A stretch of DNA of 64,000 bases from IMG/VR virus record IMGVR_UViG_3300025168_000071, positions 4,796-68,795 of that record, one strand, 5' to 3'. This stretch comes from a virus. The position numbers were made by a program, and so were the translations under genes. Below, one piece after another: positions 19,757 through 28,907 of the stretch. Numbering within the stretch: position 1 is the first letter of the stretch; the number at the start of each line of letters is the position of its first letter. Under the pieces are notes generated by a model. The model saw only the letters and a list, made by a program, of their open reading frames with translations. It had not been told where the DNA came from and ran no database searches.

Positions 19757-19965
19757 GCTTGGGCCGCATCCATGGTGGCCGCAAAGATGGTGGCAAACTT
19801 CTCTTCAAGTTCATCAGTCATTTGCCCCTCGGTGCGTGTCAGTTGCATCTCGGCATAAAGTCCAAGCTGTAGCACGATGGCGTTCGCTGTATTCTCGGCG
19901 CGCTCAAGCGGACCCATGGTTACAGAGTCTTCGGAAGTGGAGGTTGAAAGTTGAATATCGGTCAT
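19753..19965 (-). CDS. Hypothetical protein
   Basis: ORF with AAGGA RBS. Confidence 0.6.
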   Translation of the reverse strand: MTDIQLSTSTSEDSVTMGPLERAENTANAIVLQLGLYAEMQLTRTEGQMTDELEEKFATIFAATMDAAQA

Positions 19966-20031
19966 TTGAATAATCCTTGTTGTGGAACGTAAAGTAAAAG
20001 GTTTGTTTGGGGCCGCGCGCCCCGTTGGAGT

Positions 20032-20445
20032 TTAGGAGGTACGAGCAGCGTGATACTCGCCATCCGCTCCCCGCCAAAAATAGGCCGGGGCGCCATCAGT
20101 GGCGGGGATATTAGTGGAACCCACCGCGCACAAGGCAAACATCGCCGTTCTCTCTTCCACAGACCCGGAAACCCGGATCAAGAAGTTGTCCCAATACTCT
20201 CCGAAAGCGCCGGCGTGCCAGTTGCCGCCGCGCACAGGGGTGCCATCGTCGTTGGTGTAGCCGATGAACTCGACATCCACATAGTGACATGTCTGATGTG
20301 CGAAAGGCTTCTCAACGCGAAGCACACGGGCCTTGGTGCCAACGGGCAAGGCGGTGGGCGTTCCACCATGTCCGTACTTGTTTGCGATGCGCTCGCGGCA
20401 AAGGGTGATGGTGTCGCCGATCTTGATGGTGTGTCCGTAAGTCAT
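20032..20445 (-). CDS. Hypothetical protein with SH3-like N-terminus
   Basis: Start MTYG after AAGGA; IKIGDTITL. Confidence 0.6.
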   Translation of the reverse strand: MTYGHTIKIGDTITLCRERIANKYGHGGTPTALPVGTKARVLRVEKPFAHQTCHYVDVEFIGYTNDDGTPVRGGNWHAGAFGEYWDNFLIRVSGSVEERTAMFALCAVGSTNIPATDGAPAYFWRGADGEYHAARTS

Positions 20446-20488
20446 GAAAAAAGTCCTTGTTTGGGGGTGAAGCTCGATCTTATACCTT

Positions 20489-20542
20489 ATTATACACGTG
20501 TCGAAAGCAAAGGTCAAGCGGATCCTGTCAAGAGAATGTCAA
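20489..20542 (-). promoter_or_regulatory. Early promoter cassette copy 1
   Basis: TTGACA-N5-TTGACA...TTGACC-N17-TATAAT. Confidence 0.85.
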
Positions 20543-20769
20543 GGGTTTACAGCCTCCAGCCACATCGGGTGAAACTTGAGGATCGAAGCCCCAAACTGGA
20601 CATTATAGATATTGTTGCCTACAGAGTGGGATGTGGTTTCCAGAACCTCAACCACCAACCCAGTACGGTGAGAGGGGAGCGCAGGGTCATGAGTGCCATC
20701 GAGGACACGCACAAGATCGCCCACCCTGAACTGGCCGATTACCAGCGGGCTATGTTGTATCGTCTTCAT
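20539..20769 (-). CDS. SH3/KOW-like small protein
   Basis: FRVGDLVRV...GLVVEV...LEAVNP; stop supplied by cassette box. Confidence 0.75.
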   Translation of the reverse strand: MKTIQHSPLVIGQFRVGDLVRVLDGTHDPALPSHRTGLVVEVLETTSHSVGNNIYNVQFGASILKFHPMWLEAVNP

Positions 20770-20965
20770 AGCCTGAAAGGTTTGTTTGCGGGGTCAGGAA
20801 AGGCTCCAGAGCGTCCCCAAGTGGTAGAACCATAGGAGACATGTCTAAAGCCGGGAGGGACGCCAGAACGGCGTCCAGAAGCTCGCGCAAGTGTGTGACC
20901 TCTTCATCAAGTTCAGCTTCTTCTTTGGCGCGCCTAAACTCGGCAAGGTTTATAACATTATCCAT
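20750..20965 (-). CDS. Hypothetical protein
   Basis: MDNVINLAEFRRAK start. Confidence 0.6.
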   Translation of the reverse strand: MDNVINLAEFRRAKEEAELDEEVTHLRELLDAVLASLPALDMSPMVLPLGDALEPFLTPQTNLSGYEDDTT

Positions 20966-20966
20966 C

Positions 20967-21284
20967 TTAAAAAGGAACCCTTTCACTGAGTGGCGAGTGC
21001 GCCCAAACTTTGGGATTCATGGTCACAACCGAACCGCCCACTGTGGCGCGCTTGGCGAGGTTCACGTGACAAGATGTAGTCTGTGAGTGGTAGCCTTTGG
21101 CCCGGGCAGTGTAGTCCGCAAGGACACACACGCCGGCGGCCGTGCGCTGGCCAATGTGTAGGTCATAGGAGTACAACGCAGACCCATCGGTGTGGAGGGA
21201 GCCGCGACCATTTTTAGCATGCTCTCCGGCCTTCCATGCCTTGATGACTCCAGAGTTATCTGTACGTTTGATTTTGATTTTCAT
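20967..21284 (-). CDS. Hypothetical protein
   Basis: Start MKIK after GAGGA; LYSY...I...YS.TTS.H pattern. Confidence 0.65.
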   Translation of the reverse strand: MKIKIKRTDNSGVIKAWKAGEHAKNGRGSLHTDGSALYSYDLHIGQRTAAGVCVLADYTARAKGYHSQTTSCHVNLAKRATVGGSVVTMNPKVWAHSPLSERVPF

Positions 21285-21298
21285 AGGTTTATCCTCGT

Positions 21299-22540
21299 TT
21301 ATACGTCGATAGCGATTACACGCTCTTGGGTTTGAAAGTATGGGCGATCTGCGTAGGCTTTGGTGGTCATCCACATACGTTGGCATGCGCTGGCGATAGG
21401 TTTGGGGGCCATCATATCGGTCAGGATGATGTGGCCATCAAAGCCGTTGTCATTGACGTAGCGGGTTGGTGCATTAAAACACGTTCCACCACACAGAACC
21501 CGCTCCCATGGGCGCGTCTGGCCGCGCTTCCAGACATAGACCTTATCTTCTCCAACCTCAGAGTCAAAGGGGATCACGGTGAACTCGGCGATGTCGGCCA
21601 GTTCGTTAAGCTCGGCGAAGAACGCGGCAAGCATCGCATCATCCACCGATCCAGACTGATCGATACTAATCGCGATCTTGGCATGACGGCGTACGCGCTT
21701 GCCCGGGTGGATACGTGGGAAACGCCGGTTAATGCGTCGAGGCGTTGACCGACGATCAGCGCGCTGGCTGGTCTTAATGAAGTAACGCATCACCTTGCGC
21801 CAGTCTACGCGCGTCTGGATGCGATCCATGATCTCCTTACGCATCTGCGATGACACAGATCCCCAGTTGCGCGCGCGGCTGGCGTCTTCGGCCGCCTTCT
21901 TAATGGCATCTTTCAATCGTTCCTTGGCAATCTCGCCGGCGGTACCATCGGTGTCACCGAAAGCATCATGGTCATCGAAGGAGTCGGCACCATCGAAGGC
22001 ATCGCCACCTTCGCCGCCGGATCCACCTTCACCGTCTTGTTCTTGCTCTTTCTGCATCTTCTTCAGCGCGTTCAAGTACCATTCGTAGGTCATGCCGGTA
22101 GGCAGATCAGCAAACGGACCTTCTCCGGGGATGCAACCCTTCATAGGCTCACCGGATGGCATCATGGGGCCGGGGTTGGAGTCGCTTGGCAGCTTGCCGG
22201 CCATTTCGGGCAGTCCGTTGATAGCGAGATCCATGGCGATGTTATCAATACGCTTAAGGCCATCAATAGGCTTGCGCCCGGTCACATGCTCAAAAATGAT
22301 GTGATAGAACTCATGCATAAGAACACCCAGCTTATGCTCATCATCCAACGCAGCAAAAAACTCTGGATTGTATAGCAGTTCAAACTGCTCACGTTCAGGG
22401 TTGACGCGAACGCCAGCGGTAGGGATCGCGGTGGTCGGAGTCTTATCGATCCGGCGTGAGAGCGATGCGAAAAATGGCTCACTCATAAGCAAACGCGCGG
22501 TGTGCATGTTGAGGTTGAACTTGGGGGCTGTGTCGGTCAT
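21299..22540 (-). CDS. Metallopeptidase-like plus vWA domain protein (DUF2201-type), partner of MoxR AAA
   Basis: HEFYH, NIAMDLAIN, IDQSGS MIDAS, GGT.F, LTD. Confidence 0.85.
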   Translation of the reverse strand: MTDTAPKFNLNMHTARLLMSEPFFASLSRRIDKTPTTAIPTAGVRVNPEREQFELLYNPEFFAALDDEHKLGVLMHEFYHIIFEHVTGRKPIDGLKRIDNIAMDLAINGLPEMAGKLPSDSNPGPMMPSGEPMKGCIPGEGPFADLPTGMTYEWYLNALKKMQKEQEQDGEGGSGGEGGDAFDGADSFDDHDAFGDTDGTAGEIAKERLKDAIKKAAEDASRARNWGSVSSQMRKEIMDRIQTRVDWRKVMRYFIKTSQRADRRSTPRRINRRFPRIHPGKRVRRHAKIAISIDQSGSVDDAMLAAFFAELNELADIAEFTVIPFDSEVGEDKVYVWKRGQTRPWERVLCGGTCFNAPTRYVNDNGFDGHIILTDMMAPKPIASACQRMWMTTKAYADRPYFQTQERVIAIDV

Positions 22541-22566
22541 GTTGGAAACTCCGTGCTTACTCTGTA

Positions 22567-22620
22567 AGTATACACGCGGGGGAAGAAAAGGTCAAGTTGA
22601 TTGTGTCAAAGAAGTGTCAA
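22567..22620 (-). promoter_or_regulatory. Early promoter cassette copy 2
   Basis: Two TTGACA 11 bp apart, TTGACC-N17-TATACT. Confidence 0.85.
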
Positions 22621-22919
22621 GCGTTGCTTGCTTCTTTCTCGGCCGCTTCTTTCTCAAGCTCGGCAAGGTCAGCCGCAACATCAGCCATGGTCATTGCGCG
22701 CGTCTTGGTGCGCTTGGTCTGCTCACGGTCCAGCTTGCCCCAGCGGCGTGAACCTGCCGGATGCTCGCACATGTGCAGATCGGGGATGCCAAGGGCGCGC
22801 ATGCGTCGAAGCATCTCGCGGGTAGGCTTGGCAGCGTCGGGCTTAGTAAGCACAGTTTCATAGCCGACCGGCTTGCCAGAGTCGAGGGAAACGTGAGTGC
22901 GAGAAACGTAAAACTTCAT
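22617..22919 (-). CDS. Hypothetical protein
   Basis: AAGGAG RBS; stop in cassette box. Confidence 0.65.
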   Translation of the reverse strand: MKFYVSRTHVSLDSGKPVGYETVLTKPDAAKPTREMLRRMRALGIPDLHMCEHPAGSRRWGKLDREQTKRTKTRAMTMADVAADLAELEKEAAEKEASNA

Positions 22920-22948
22920 AGATATATCTCCTTACTTGATATGCTACC

Positions 22949-23002
22949 ATTATACCAGAAGAGTGGGGTGAAGTCAACAACAAAGTTGTCAAGTGAATGT
23001 CA
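22949..23002 (-). promoter_or_regulatory. Early promoter cassette copy 3
   Basis: TGACA/TTGACA boxes, TTGACT-N17-TATAAT. Confidence 0.85.
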
Positions 23003-23095
23003 GAGGTCACAGGTTTTCTTGCAAGCCCTGTGTGGCTCTGTGCTGGCGCGCGTAACCGGGGAAGGGTAAGGACACTCTGAGCGCGCTGGGGGCGC

Positions 23096-23317
23096 TTAGA
23101 AGGCGTCTGAGGCGTCTGGGCGCTGGTATTCGGCGGCAATCTGAAGGTCATGCTTCCAGACCTGTTGGCCGGCCTCCAGCAAGCGGAATAGCATGCGCGG
23201 GATACCGGGATCTCCATATGGCGTTCGGCGCGATGGGCGCTCTCCGGTGACAAGCGCGGTGGTGCCTGTGGAGACGCGGACCAGAAGATCACCGACTACT
23301 ATGGCTTGCTTGTTCAT
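23096..23317 (-). CDS. SH3/KOW-like small protein
   Basis: IVVGDLLVR...ALVTG. Confidence 0.6.
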   Translation of the reverse strand: MNKQAIVVGDLLVRVSTGTTALVTGERPSRRTPYGDPGIPRMLFRLLEAGQQVWKHDLQIAAEYQRPDASDAF

Positions 23318-23532
23318 TTTATTACCCTCATCAGACAATCGGCATGGAACTCCATTTCTACCCCGCTCTTTAGCCACCTAACCACGTATCGAGGCTTAAA
23401 GCCACCAATACGCCCCGTCACTTCCACCACCATACCCGGGCCATTTTTCTTGGTGAAGGGGGCATCGGCCGCACCACGCGCGAGGCGGTTAGTCAGATAG
23501 ACTAACTCGCCAAGGTGGTATAGGTTCGACAT
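23314..23532 (-). CDS. SH3/KOW-like small protein
   Basis: YHLGELVYL...GMVVEV...VVRW...LMRVIK. Confidence 0.7.
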   Translation of the reverse strand: MSNLYHLGELVYLTNRLARGAADAPFTKKNGPGMVVEVTGRIGGFKPRYVVRWLKSGVEMEFHADCLMRVIK

Positions 23533-23533
23533 G

Positions 23534-24610
23534 TTAGCCTCCGAGAATCACCACAAGATGCTCGGACACCTGTGTACCGCCGGCCGTCTTTGACTTGTGA
23601 AGCTCGACAACGTTGTGAACATTATCACAGTCACCCAGCACTGTCCACAACTTCATCGCCACCTCGGAGGGCAGTGTGACGAAGTACTCGGCGAGGTTCT
23701 GGATTTGAGCCTCGGTAAGATTTTCGCGGAATGTTTCGGCAGCTTCAAACTTTTCAATCATGGCAGCGTGATCATTGATCCCCCACTCGGAAGTCTTGGC
23801 GATCTCGCCACGGTCCAGAATATCCTCGACTGTCACTTGCCATGCGTAGTTGACCACAAAATCCTTGAGTGAGACGGCAGCTTCAAAGCCAAGGAAGGCG
23901 TTGGCAAGGTTGAACATGAGATCAAGATCGCCCTTCTCATCGAAGACGCCGGAAGGAGTAGCGGTATCGCTAAACCGCTTCCAGCTACGGCGGGAAGGGT
24001 AAACCTTGTTAGGCTCAAAATCTGACTTATGCTCCAAGTGGTTGCGGTTCTGGTTGATAAAGTCCCAAACCAGCGCGCTGACCTTGCCATTCGCCCACTT
24101 AAGCCAATCTTCATCGGTCGGCTCGACATCGAACACGGTCCAGCGGTCAAGCTCTGCCGGGTCCATTTCACCCACTTGGTACTGGGCGCCATGCTCGCCG
24201 CCATTGACAGCAGCCACGATCAGAGTCTTCGGGTGCAGGTGCCAGCCGTTGATCTTGCGGCTATCAGTAAGCTCAAATAGGCCCTGACGTACCTCCATGG
24301 TCGCGCGGTCCACTTCATCGAGGAACAACATGACTGGCTGTTCGCAAGCGGTCACAAGCCAGTCAGGGGCGTTCCATGTGGTACACTTACGGCCATTGAT
24401 CGCGGTGTCGGCCGTATCAGGTAGACCGAGCAGGTCGCCCTCGGTCATCTGAGAAGCTCGGCGCTCGACCACGGGCAAGCCACGACCCTCGGCGATCATG
24501 TAGACCACCTCTGACTTGCCAACACCGTGGCGACCACGGATAAGCACCGGAAGGCCGGCGGCGAGGATGTGAGGGGCGACGTTGAGGAAGGTTGCAAAAT
24601 CTACTGACAT
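23534..24610 (-). CDS. MoxR/dynein-related AAA+ ATPase
   Basis: GRHGVGKS Walker A, LFLDEVDR Walker B, AAVN, MDPAELDR, PSRRSW. Confidence 0.9.
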   Translation of the reverse strand: MSVDFATFLNVAPHILAAGLPVLIRGRHGVGKSEVVYMIAEGRGLPVVERRASQMTEGDLLGLPDTADTAINGRKCTTWNAPDWLVTACEQPVMLFLDEVDRATMEVRQGLFELTDSRKINGWHLHPKTLIVAAVNGGEHGAQYQVGEMDPAELDRWTVFDVEPTDEDWLKWANGKVSALVWDFINQNRNHLEHKSDFEPNKVYPSRRSWKRFSDTATPSGVFDEKGDLDLMFNLANAFLGFEAAVSLKDFVVNYAWQVTVEDILDRGEIAKTSEWGINDHAAMIEKFEAAETFRENLTEAQIQNLAEYFVTLPSEVAMKLWTVLGDCDNVHNVVELHKSKTAGGTQVSEHLVVILGG

Positions 24611-24656
24611 GTGATAATCTCCGAAAGGGGAAAAGGTTTTTTGTTCTTACTGTATA

Positions 24657-24711
24657 AATATAGCACCGAAAGTGCTTTAGGTCAAGGTTTTTCTTGTCAA
24701 GTGAATGTCAA
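24657..24711 (-). promoter_or_regulatory. Early promoter cassette copy 4
   Basis: Two TTGACA boxes, TTGACC-N17-TATATT with TG extension. Confidence 0.85.
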
Positions 24712-24720
24712 GAGGTGAAA

Positions 24721-24945
24721 TCAGTCGTTGCAGCAATCGGGGTGTTCCCAGTTACACACTTGCCAATCGCTGATTTCCTCATTGGTGTGGAGCGCGTCGG
24801 CGAAGTTGCTCCATGCCTCGGAGCGTGCAACGGTGTCGGCGTGACCCATGCGCTGCTCGCTCTCTTGGAACAGTGGAAGGATACATTCCTCAAACTGTGC
24901 TTCTGCTTGGTCAAAGGTCATAACGGTGTCGAGTTGTGAAGCCAT
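24721..24945 (-). CDS. Hypothetical protein
   Basis: AAGGAG RBS; EAWSNFADAL...I...Q...W pattern. Confidence 0.7.
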   Translation of the reverse strand: MASQLDTVMTFDQAEAQFEECILPLFQESEQRMGHADTVARSEAWSNFADALHTNEEISDWQVCNWEHPDCCND

Positions 24946-24972
24946 GGTGGTTTCTCCTTATTTGGTATAACC

Positions 24973-25027
24973 ATTATCTCATAGGCGAGAAGAAAAAGCA
25001 AGGGTTTTGTTGTCAGGGAAATGTCAA
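24973..25027 (-). promoter_or_regulatory. Early promoter cassette copy 5
   Basis: TTGACA/CTGACA boxes, TTGCTT-N17-GATAAT. Confidence 0.75.
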
Positions 25028-25050
25028 GAGTTGAAAACGCAGGTTGAAAG

Positions 25051-25226
25051 GGGACAATAGAGAGTGCCGCTGTCCTCGTCGCGCCACATTACCAGCCGCG
25101 TGTTGACTGCCTCGGAGGGGCGCGCCCATCTGAATCGTCCCCGATCCTGATTGCCTCACAATGGGCTGGGGTTCACTCGCGGCCTTGAACCCCGTTACGT
25201 TGATTTACACTTCTCTCTATCGTCCC
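25051..25226 (-). ncRNA. Candidate structured ncRNA (176 nt)
   Basis: 14-bp closing stem GGGACGATAGAGAG/CTCTCTATTGTCCC, internal hairpins, no ORF. Confidence 0.6.
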
Positions 25227-25241
25227 ACAATCATAATGCCC

Positions 25242-26051
25242 TTACTTCTTTTTGGGGGCGCGCCCTCGTTTTAGGTAGCGTTCCTCAATCAAAAATGTCT
25301 GCGCGCCACCTACCGGAAGCACTTTATAAACCTTGCACCCGCGTGCTGCGCTGGTGGGGATTGCGGCGTTAGTCGCCACCACCACGCAAAGATTATGCTT
25401 GTTGGGGCATTTCTCATTTCTATCGCGCCAAGTTGCACCGGCGGCCAATGCCACCATTGCGCCGGGTACAAACTTTGGTTCAGCATGCCAGCCGGCCAGC
25501 ACCTTACGCGCAAACTTGTTATCAGTCACTTTCCGGTACTCGTCTATTGTTGGCGTATGCGAGGGATCGGCTGTCAATGCATTGACTTGGCGCGTGAAGT
25601 AACCCGTTGTCTTATAATAACCAAGGGCGATCCGGTAGTTTTCTGCCATGATGTCATCCCACTGGCCGCTAAATGTTGTGCGCGCTGCCATGGCGTCATC
25701 ACTATACTTAGCAGCGATCTTGTCAAGGATGTCGGTCTGACGTTCGGAAAGCTCACGGCCGCCAATAAGTTGCGTGCGTACACTATTGATAAATCGGTCA
25801 TCCCACGACCCCGGATCAAGCTCTGCGATGCGCTCAATAATCGGCGCAAGCTCCTCGATGCCGGCGACCGGTTCAGGGCGCGAGGAATAACGTTCCTCCA
25901 TTTGCAAAAAGCAGCGCCGGCGACCAACAGAAAGCGCGCCCTTACGCTTATAGCTGGAGTAGAGGCTTTCCGCGAAGCTCCGATCTCGGGCGCTAACGTA
26001 GTCCTTCGCGAGAAGGGCAGCAAATCGGTCGTGGTAGGTGATGCGGGGCAT
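25242..26051 (-). CDS. Hypothetical protein with two internal helical repeats
   Basis: D.SFAESL...LS and D.RFINSV...LSERQ repeats; AGGAG RBS. Confidence 0.75.
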   Translation of the reverse strand: MPRITYHDRFAALLAKDYVSARDRSFAESLYSSYKRKGALSVGRRRCFLQMEERYSSRPEPVAGIEELAPIIERIAELDPGSWDDRFINSVRTQLIGGRELSERQTDILDKIAAKYSDDAMAARTTFSGQWDDIMAENYRIALGYYKTTGYFTRQVNALTADPSHTPTIDEYRKVTDNKFARKVLAGWHAEPKFVPGAMVALAAGATWRDRNEKCPNKHNLCVVVATNAAIPTSAARGCKVYKVLPVGGAQTFLIEERYLKRGRAPKKK

Positions 26052-26076
26052 TGGACTCCTTGATGATTACTTAGTA

Positions 26077-26129
26077 AGTATACAGGAAGCGAAAGAAAAG
26101 GTCAAGCGGTTTCTGTCAAGAGAATGTCA
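26077..26129 (-). promoter_or_regulatory. Early promoter cassette copy 6
   Basis: Boxes plus TTGACC-N17-TATACT. Confidence 0.85.
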
Positions 26130-26432
26130 TGAGTCTAAGCAATCTTTGAAAAGCCTTTTAGCAAGCTCAATATCAGCATTAACTTCCGGCTCTTCAACCC
26201 ATCCGATTGCCGCGTCAGTGACCACCCACGCATCGAGCCATTCGCCGGCAGGTGTACGGAAGCGTTCGATGATCCCCTCCAGCACCAACATGTCGAGTGC
26301 GGCCCGGTCGATCTCATCCGGCTCTTTTTCTGGTGCGTGAGTATGATCTGGGCGCGCCAGCATACCGGTTAACATGAAAACCTCGGAGGGCTTAAGGTCA
26401 AGGCCTCCGATGGTCATAAGGTTTGTTTGCAT
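26127..26432 (-). CDS. Hypothetical protein (possible winged helix)
   Basis: AAGGAG RBS; ALDMLVLEGII...WVVT. Confidence 0.6.
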   Translation of the reverse strand: MQTNLMTIGGLDLKPSEVFMLTGMLARPDHTHAPEKEPDEIDRAALDMLVLEGIIERFRTPAGEWLDAWVVTDAAIGWVEEPEVNADIELAKRLFKDCLDS

Positions 26433-26461
26433 TTTAGTGACTCCTTAGTCAGTTTTGTTGT

Positions 26462-27340
26462 TTATTTTTTCAGGTCAGCAAAGTGCGCTTTGAGCGCGGT
26501 ACAGTCGCCGGTTTCCCAGCCTTCGGGGGGTTGGATAGTCTCGCTCGGAACCATCGCCAGCATCTGAGTACCGGGGCCACCACGCAGTGCTTCTGACTGC
26601 GGAGACTCTGGTACGGGGGGTTCACCCCACTGGCCGACGAGGGCGCCCTCATCGCAGCCCCAGACACCACCATTCTTAGACGAGAATCTCAGGCTGTGGC
26701 CTTCTTCGTCAAAGGCCCGGGCGTGTGGAAGGGCGCTCGCGCCGCCCCTTTGATTAAACCTATCCATGCGCTGGGTCCATACACAATGATCGTGTGGGGT
26801 TGTATAACAAATCTTTTCCCAGTATATGCCCTTCACCATGGTCACAACAGGGCGCCGATCCCACGACTCGGTGCCATCGGCCTCCTTGAAGTGGCCCGAT
26901 ATAACTTGGCTAATCAGCGCGCCAGTCCCCAATCCGATCCGTCGCATGTTCTTCAAAATGCCAGCACGAAAAACCGCGTTTGCGGCAACCGCATCACTAT
27001 AGTCGGCTTTAAGATCCGGGCAGGTGCGCCGAGTGTGACCCAAGCCAAGGTCAGAATGTGACCCGTGCTTGTACTTACAATATGAACACTTTCGCGTTGG
27101 TCCGCGCTTGGTGATCACGGCGCCGGATAGCGGATTGGTCCCTGTGCGCTTCCCGATTTGTACGGCGAGCTTATTCACCGTCTTCATATAATGATCAGCA
27201 ACCTCTGGGTTCGCATCAGCCGACTCTTTATAGGTGTTCATTCGACGGGTAAGCGCACCCGTATAACCATTGCAGGTTCTTTTGTTGTGACCTGCGGCAT
27301 AGCAGTATGAGCAGCGAACTTTTCCATTATAGTTTCCCAC
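26462..27340 (-). CDS. Zinc-knuckle protein
   Basis: CSYC..AGHNKRTC and CSYC...GHTRRTC. Confidence 0.75.
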   Translation of the reverse strand: MGNYNGKVRCSYCYAAGHNKRTCNGYTGALTRRMNTYKESADANPEVADHYMKTVNKLAVQIGKRTGTNPLSGAVITKRGPTRKCSYCKYKHGSHSDLGLGHTRRTCPDLKADYSDAVAANAVFRAGILKNMRRIGLGTGALISQVISGHFKEADGTESWDRRPVVTMVKGIYWEKICYTTPHDHCVWTQRMDRFNQRGGASALPHARAFDEEGHSLRFSSKNGGVWGCDEGALVGQWGEPPVPESPQSEALRGGPGTQMLAMVPSETIQPPEGWETGDCTALKAHFADLKK

Positions 27341-27380
27341 GTTTTGATCTCCAAGGATGGGGGTTTTTTCTTACCTCTAT

Positions 27381-27434
27381 AATATAGCACCGTGGGGCAT
27401 AGAAGTCAACCCCAATCCTGTCAAGAGAATGTCA
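27381..27434 (-). promoter_or_regulatory. Early promoter cassette copy 7
   Basis: Boxes plus TTGACT-N17-TATATT. Confidence 0.85.
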
Positions 27435-27635
27435 GTACTTGTATGCCGGCGCGCCAAGCTCGGCGCCGGCGTCAAGGTGAGCGTTTTCAAGATCGATCAT
27501 GTGATCAACTATCTTCTGATAAGCCGCGCGGTCCCCATTGCTCAAAGCTGTGTCAGCCTGAGTGTTGAGCGTTGCGAGTCGGTCGTTCAGTCGGGCGAAG
27601 TCGGCGTTCAGCCGGGTGAAGTCTTCATAGGTCAT
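27432..27635 (-). CDS. Hypothetical coiled-coil protein
   Basis: AAGGAG RBS; stop in cassette box. Confidence 0.65.
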   Translation of the reverse strand: MTYEDFTRLNADFARLNDRLATLNTQADTALSNGDRAAYQKIVDHMIDLENAHLDAGAELGAPAYKY

Positions 27636-27661
27636 GGTGGATCTCCTTACTTGGTATAACC

Positions 27662-27715
27662 ATTATACCAGAAGAGTGGGGCGAAGTCAATAACAATGTT
27701 GTCAAGAGAATGTCA
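27662..27715 (-). promoter_or_regulatory. Early promoter cassette copy 8
   Basis: Nearly identical to copy 3; TTGACT-N17-TATAAT. Confidence 0.85.
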
Positions 27716-28210
27716 GGACACCAAGGCAAGATCGCGTACTGGGTAGTGGTTGGCGCGCTGGTATCGTGCGTTCTTACCTACCCACTTGACTGATACATAA
27801 TCACTGCCGGCGACACCGGAAGTGGTACCCGTCACCATGCCAACCAAACCCGCATAGCCTTGACGGTTAGCACGCTTGTTATCCTTGCCTCTCACCAGTT
27901 GGCCGGCCTTAAACTTTGATGGCTTCGGAAGGATCGATTCGACCATCTGAGTCGCGTTGTCACGGAATGAGCCAGCGAAATAGTCAGACTGAGAATCAGA
28001 GTGATCATCGCAACGGCGAACGTGGAAGTTGCACGCATCAGCTTCAAGTTGATGCTCCCAACCGGCTGACATCGCTCCGTTAGCCAAGAACGAGCCAACA
28101 TAATCGTTATGCTCAAAGTGCCAGCGCGTTCCGTTATATTCTACATCAATATCAATGCCCTGCTTCTTAAAGTGAGTTTTGATTTTCTTGATTACTGCTT
28201 TTACTTTCAT
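27713..28210 (-). CDS. Hypothetical protein with C-terminal SH3-like domain
   Basis: Start MKVK after GGAGG; FKAGQLVR...GMVTG...VKW...LALVS. Confidence 0.7.
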   Translation of the reverse strand: MKVKAVIKKIKTHFKKQGIDIDVEYNGTRWHFEHNDYVGSFLANGAMSAGWEHQLEADACNFHVRRCDDHSDSQSDYFAGSFRDNATQMVESILPKPSKFKAGQLVRGKDNKRANRQGYAGLVGMVTGTTSGVAGSDYVSVKWVGKNARYQRANHYPVRDLALVS

Positions 28211-28371
28211 GCTACCACCTCCATATCTTCGCACTTGACCCAGCCTGTTGACCGGTTGTGTGGCCAAAAGATTTGTGCAAGCTCTCCAACCATCTTCATC
28301 ACAAGACCCATGCGGGCCGTGTGGTTTTCCATTCTGAACTTACTCTTAACAACGCTTCCGACTTCAATCAT
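28207..28371 (-). CDS. SH3/KOW-like small protein (54 aa)
   Basis: MIEVGSVVKSKFRMENHTARMGLVMKMVGELAQIFWPHNRSTGWVKCEDMEVVA. Confidence 0.75.
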   Translation of the reverse strand: MIEVGSVVKSKFRMENHTARMGLVMKMVGELAQIFWPHNRSTGWVKCEDMEVVA

Positions 28372-28398
28372 AGATTTCTCTCCTTACTTGGTATGACC

Positions 28399-28453
28399 AT
28401 TATACCAAAAAAACGAGGGCAAGTCAACAACAAAGTTGTCAAGTAGATGTCAA
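28399..28453 (-). promoter_or_regulatory. Early promoter cassette copy 9
   Basis: Boxes plus TTGACT-N17-TATAAT. Confidence 0.85.
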
Positions 28454-28731
28454 GCCTCTTTAAGGCTATTCCAGTAGGAATCTACAAACTGCTTGCACTC
28501 CTTTAGTCCTGAGAACGTAGGGCTAACCCCTTTGCGTTCGCAGTTGGTCATGTGGTCCTCGCACACACGGCCGTATTCACGCACGAACTTGATGAGTGGA
28601 ATCTTTGCAAATACCGCTTTCTTAGAGGGGTATTGAGATTTGCTGTGTTTAGCAACTAATATGCGGGCAATCGTCAGAGCGTCATCCAATCCTTGCGGAT
28701 CGTCTGTGTCCAGCACCAGAGTCATCTTCAT
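28450..28731 (-). CDS. Protein with ribosomal L7/L12 C-terminal-like motif
   Basis: KIPLIKFVRE...GLKECKQFVD. Confidence 0.55.
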   Translation of the reverse strand: MKMTLVLDTDDPQGLDDALTIARILVAKHSKSQYPSKKAVFAKIPLIKFVREYGRVCEDHMTNCERKGVSPTFSGLKECKQFVDSYWNSLKEA

Positions 28732-28907
28732 TTTATTACCTTCAGAGCCGTGTGGATGTGTAAGGTTTGGCTACCGGGTTGGTTGTCACTTTCAGGGCCT
28801 TTGTGAAGCCTGACCCACGTATCGCTTTCGACCTCTACCACCAGAAAAATCCCCTTCTCGCTCTCGCGATAAGGTCGTGCGAACTGAACCAGATCACCGA
28901 CTTTCAC
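28728..28907 (-). CDS. SH3/KOW-like array 2 unit (59 aa)
   Basis: MKVGDLVQFARPYRESEKGIFLVVEVESDTWVRLHKGPESDNQPGSQTLHIHTALKVIK. Confidence 0.8.
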   Translation of the reverse strand: MKVGDLVQFARPYRESEKGIFLVVEVESDTWVRLHKGPESDNQPGSQTLHIHTALKVIK

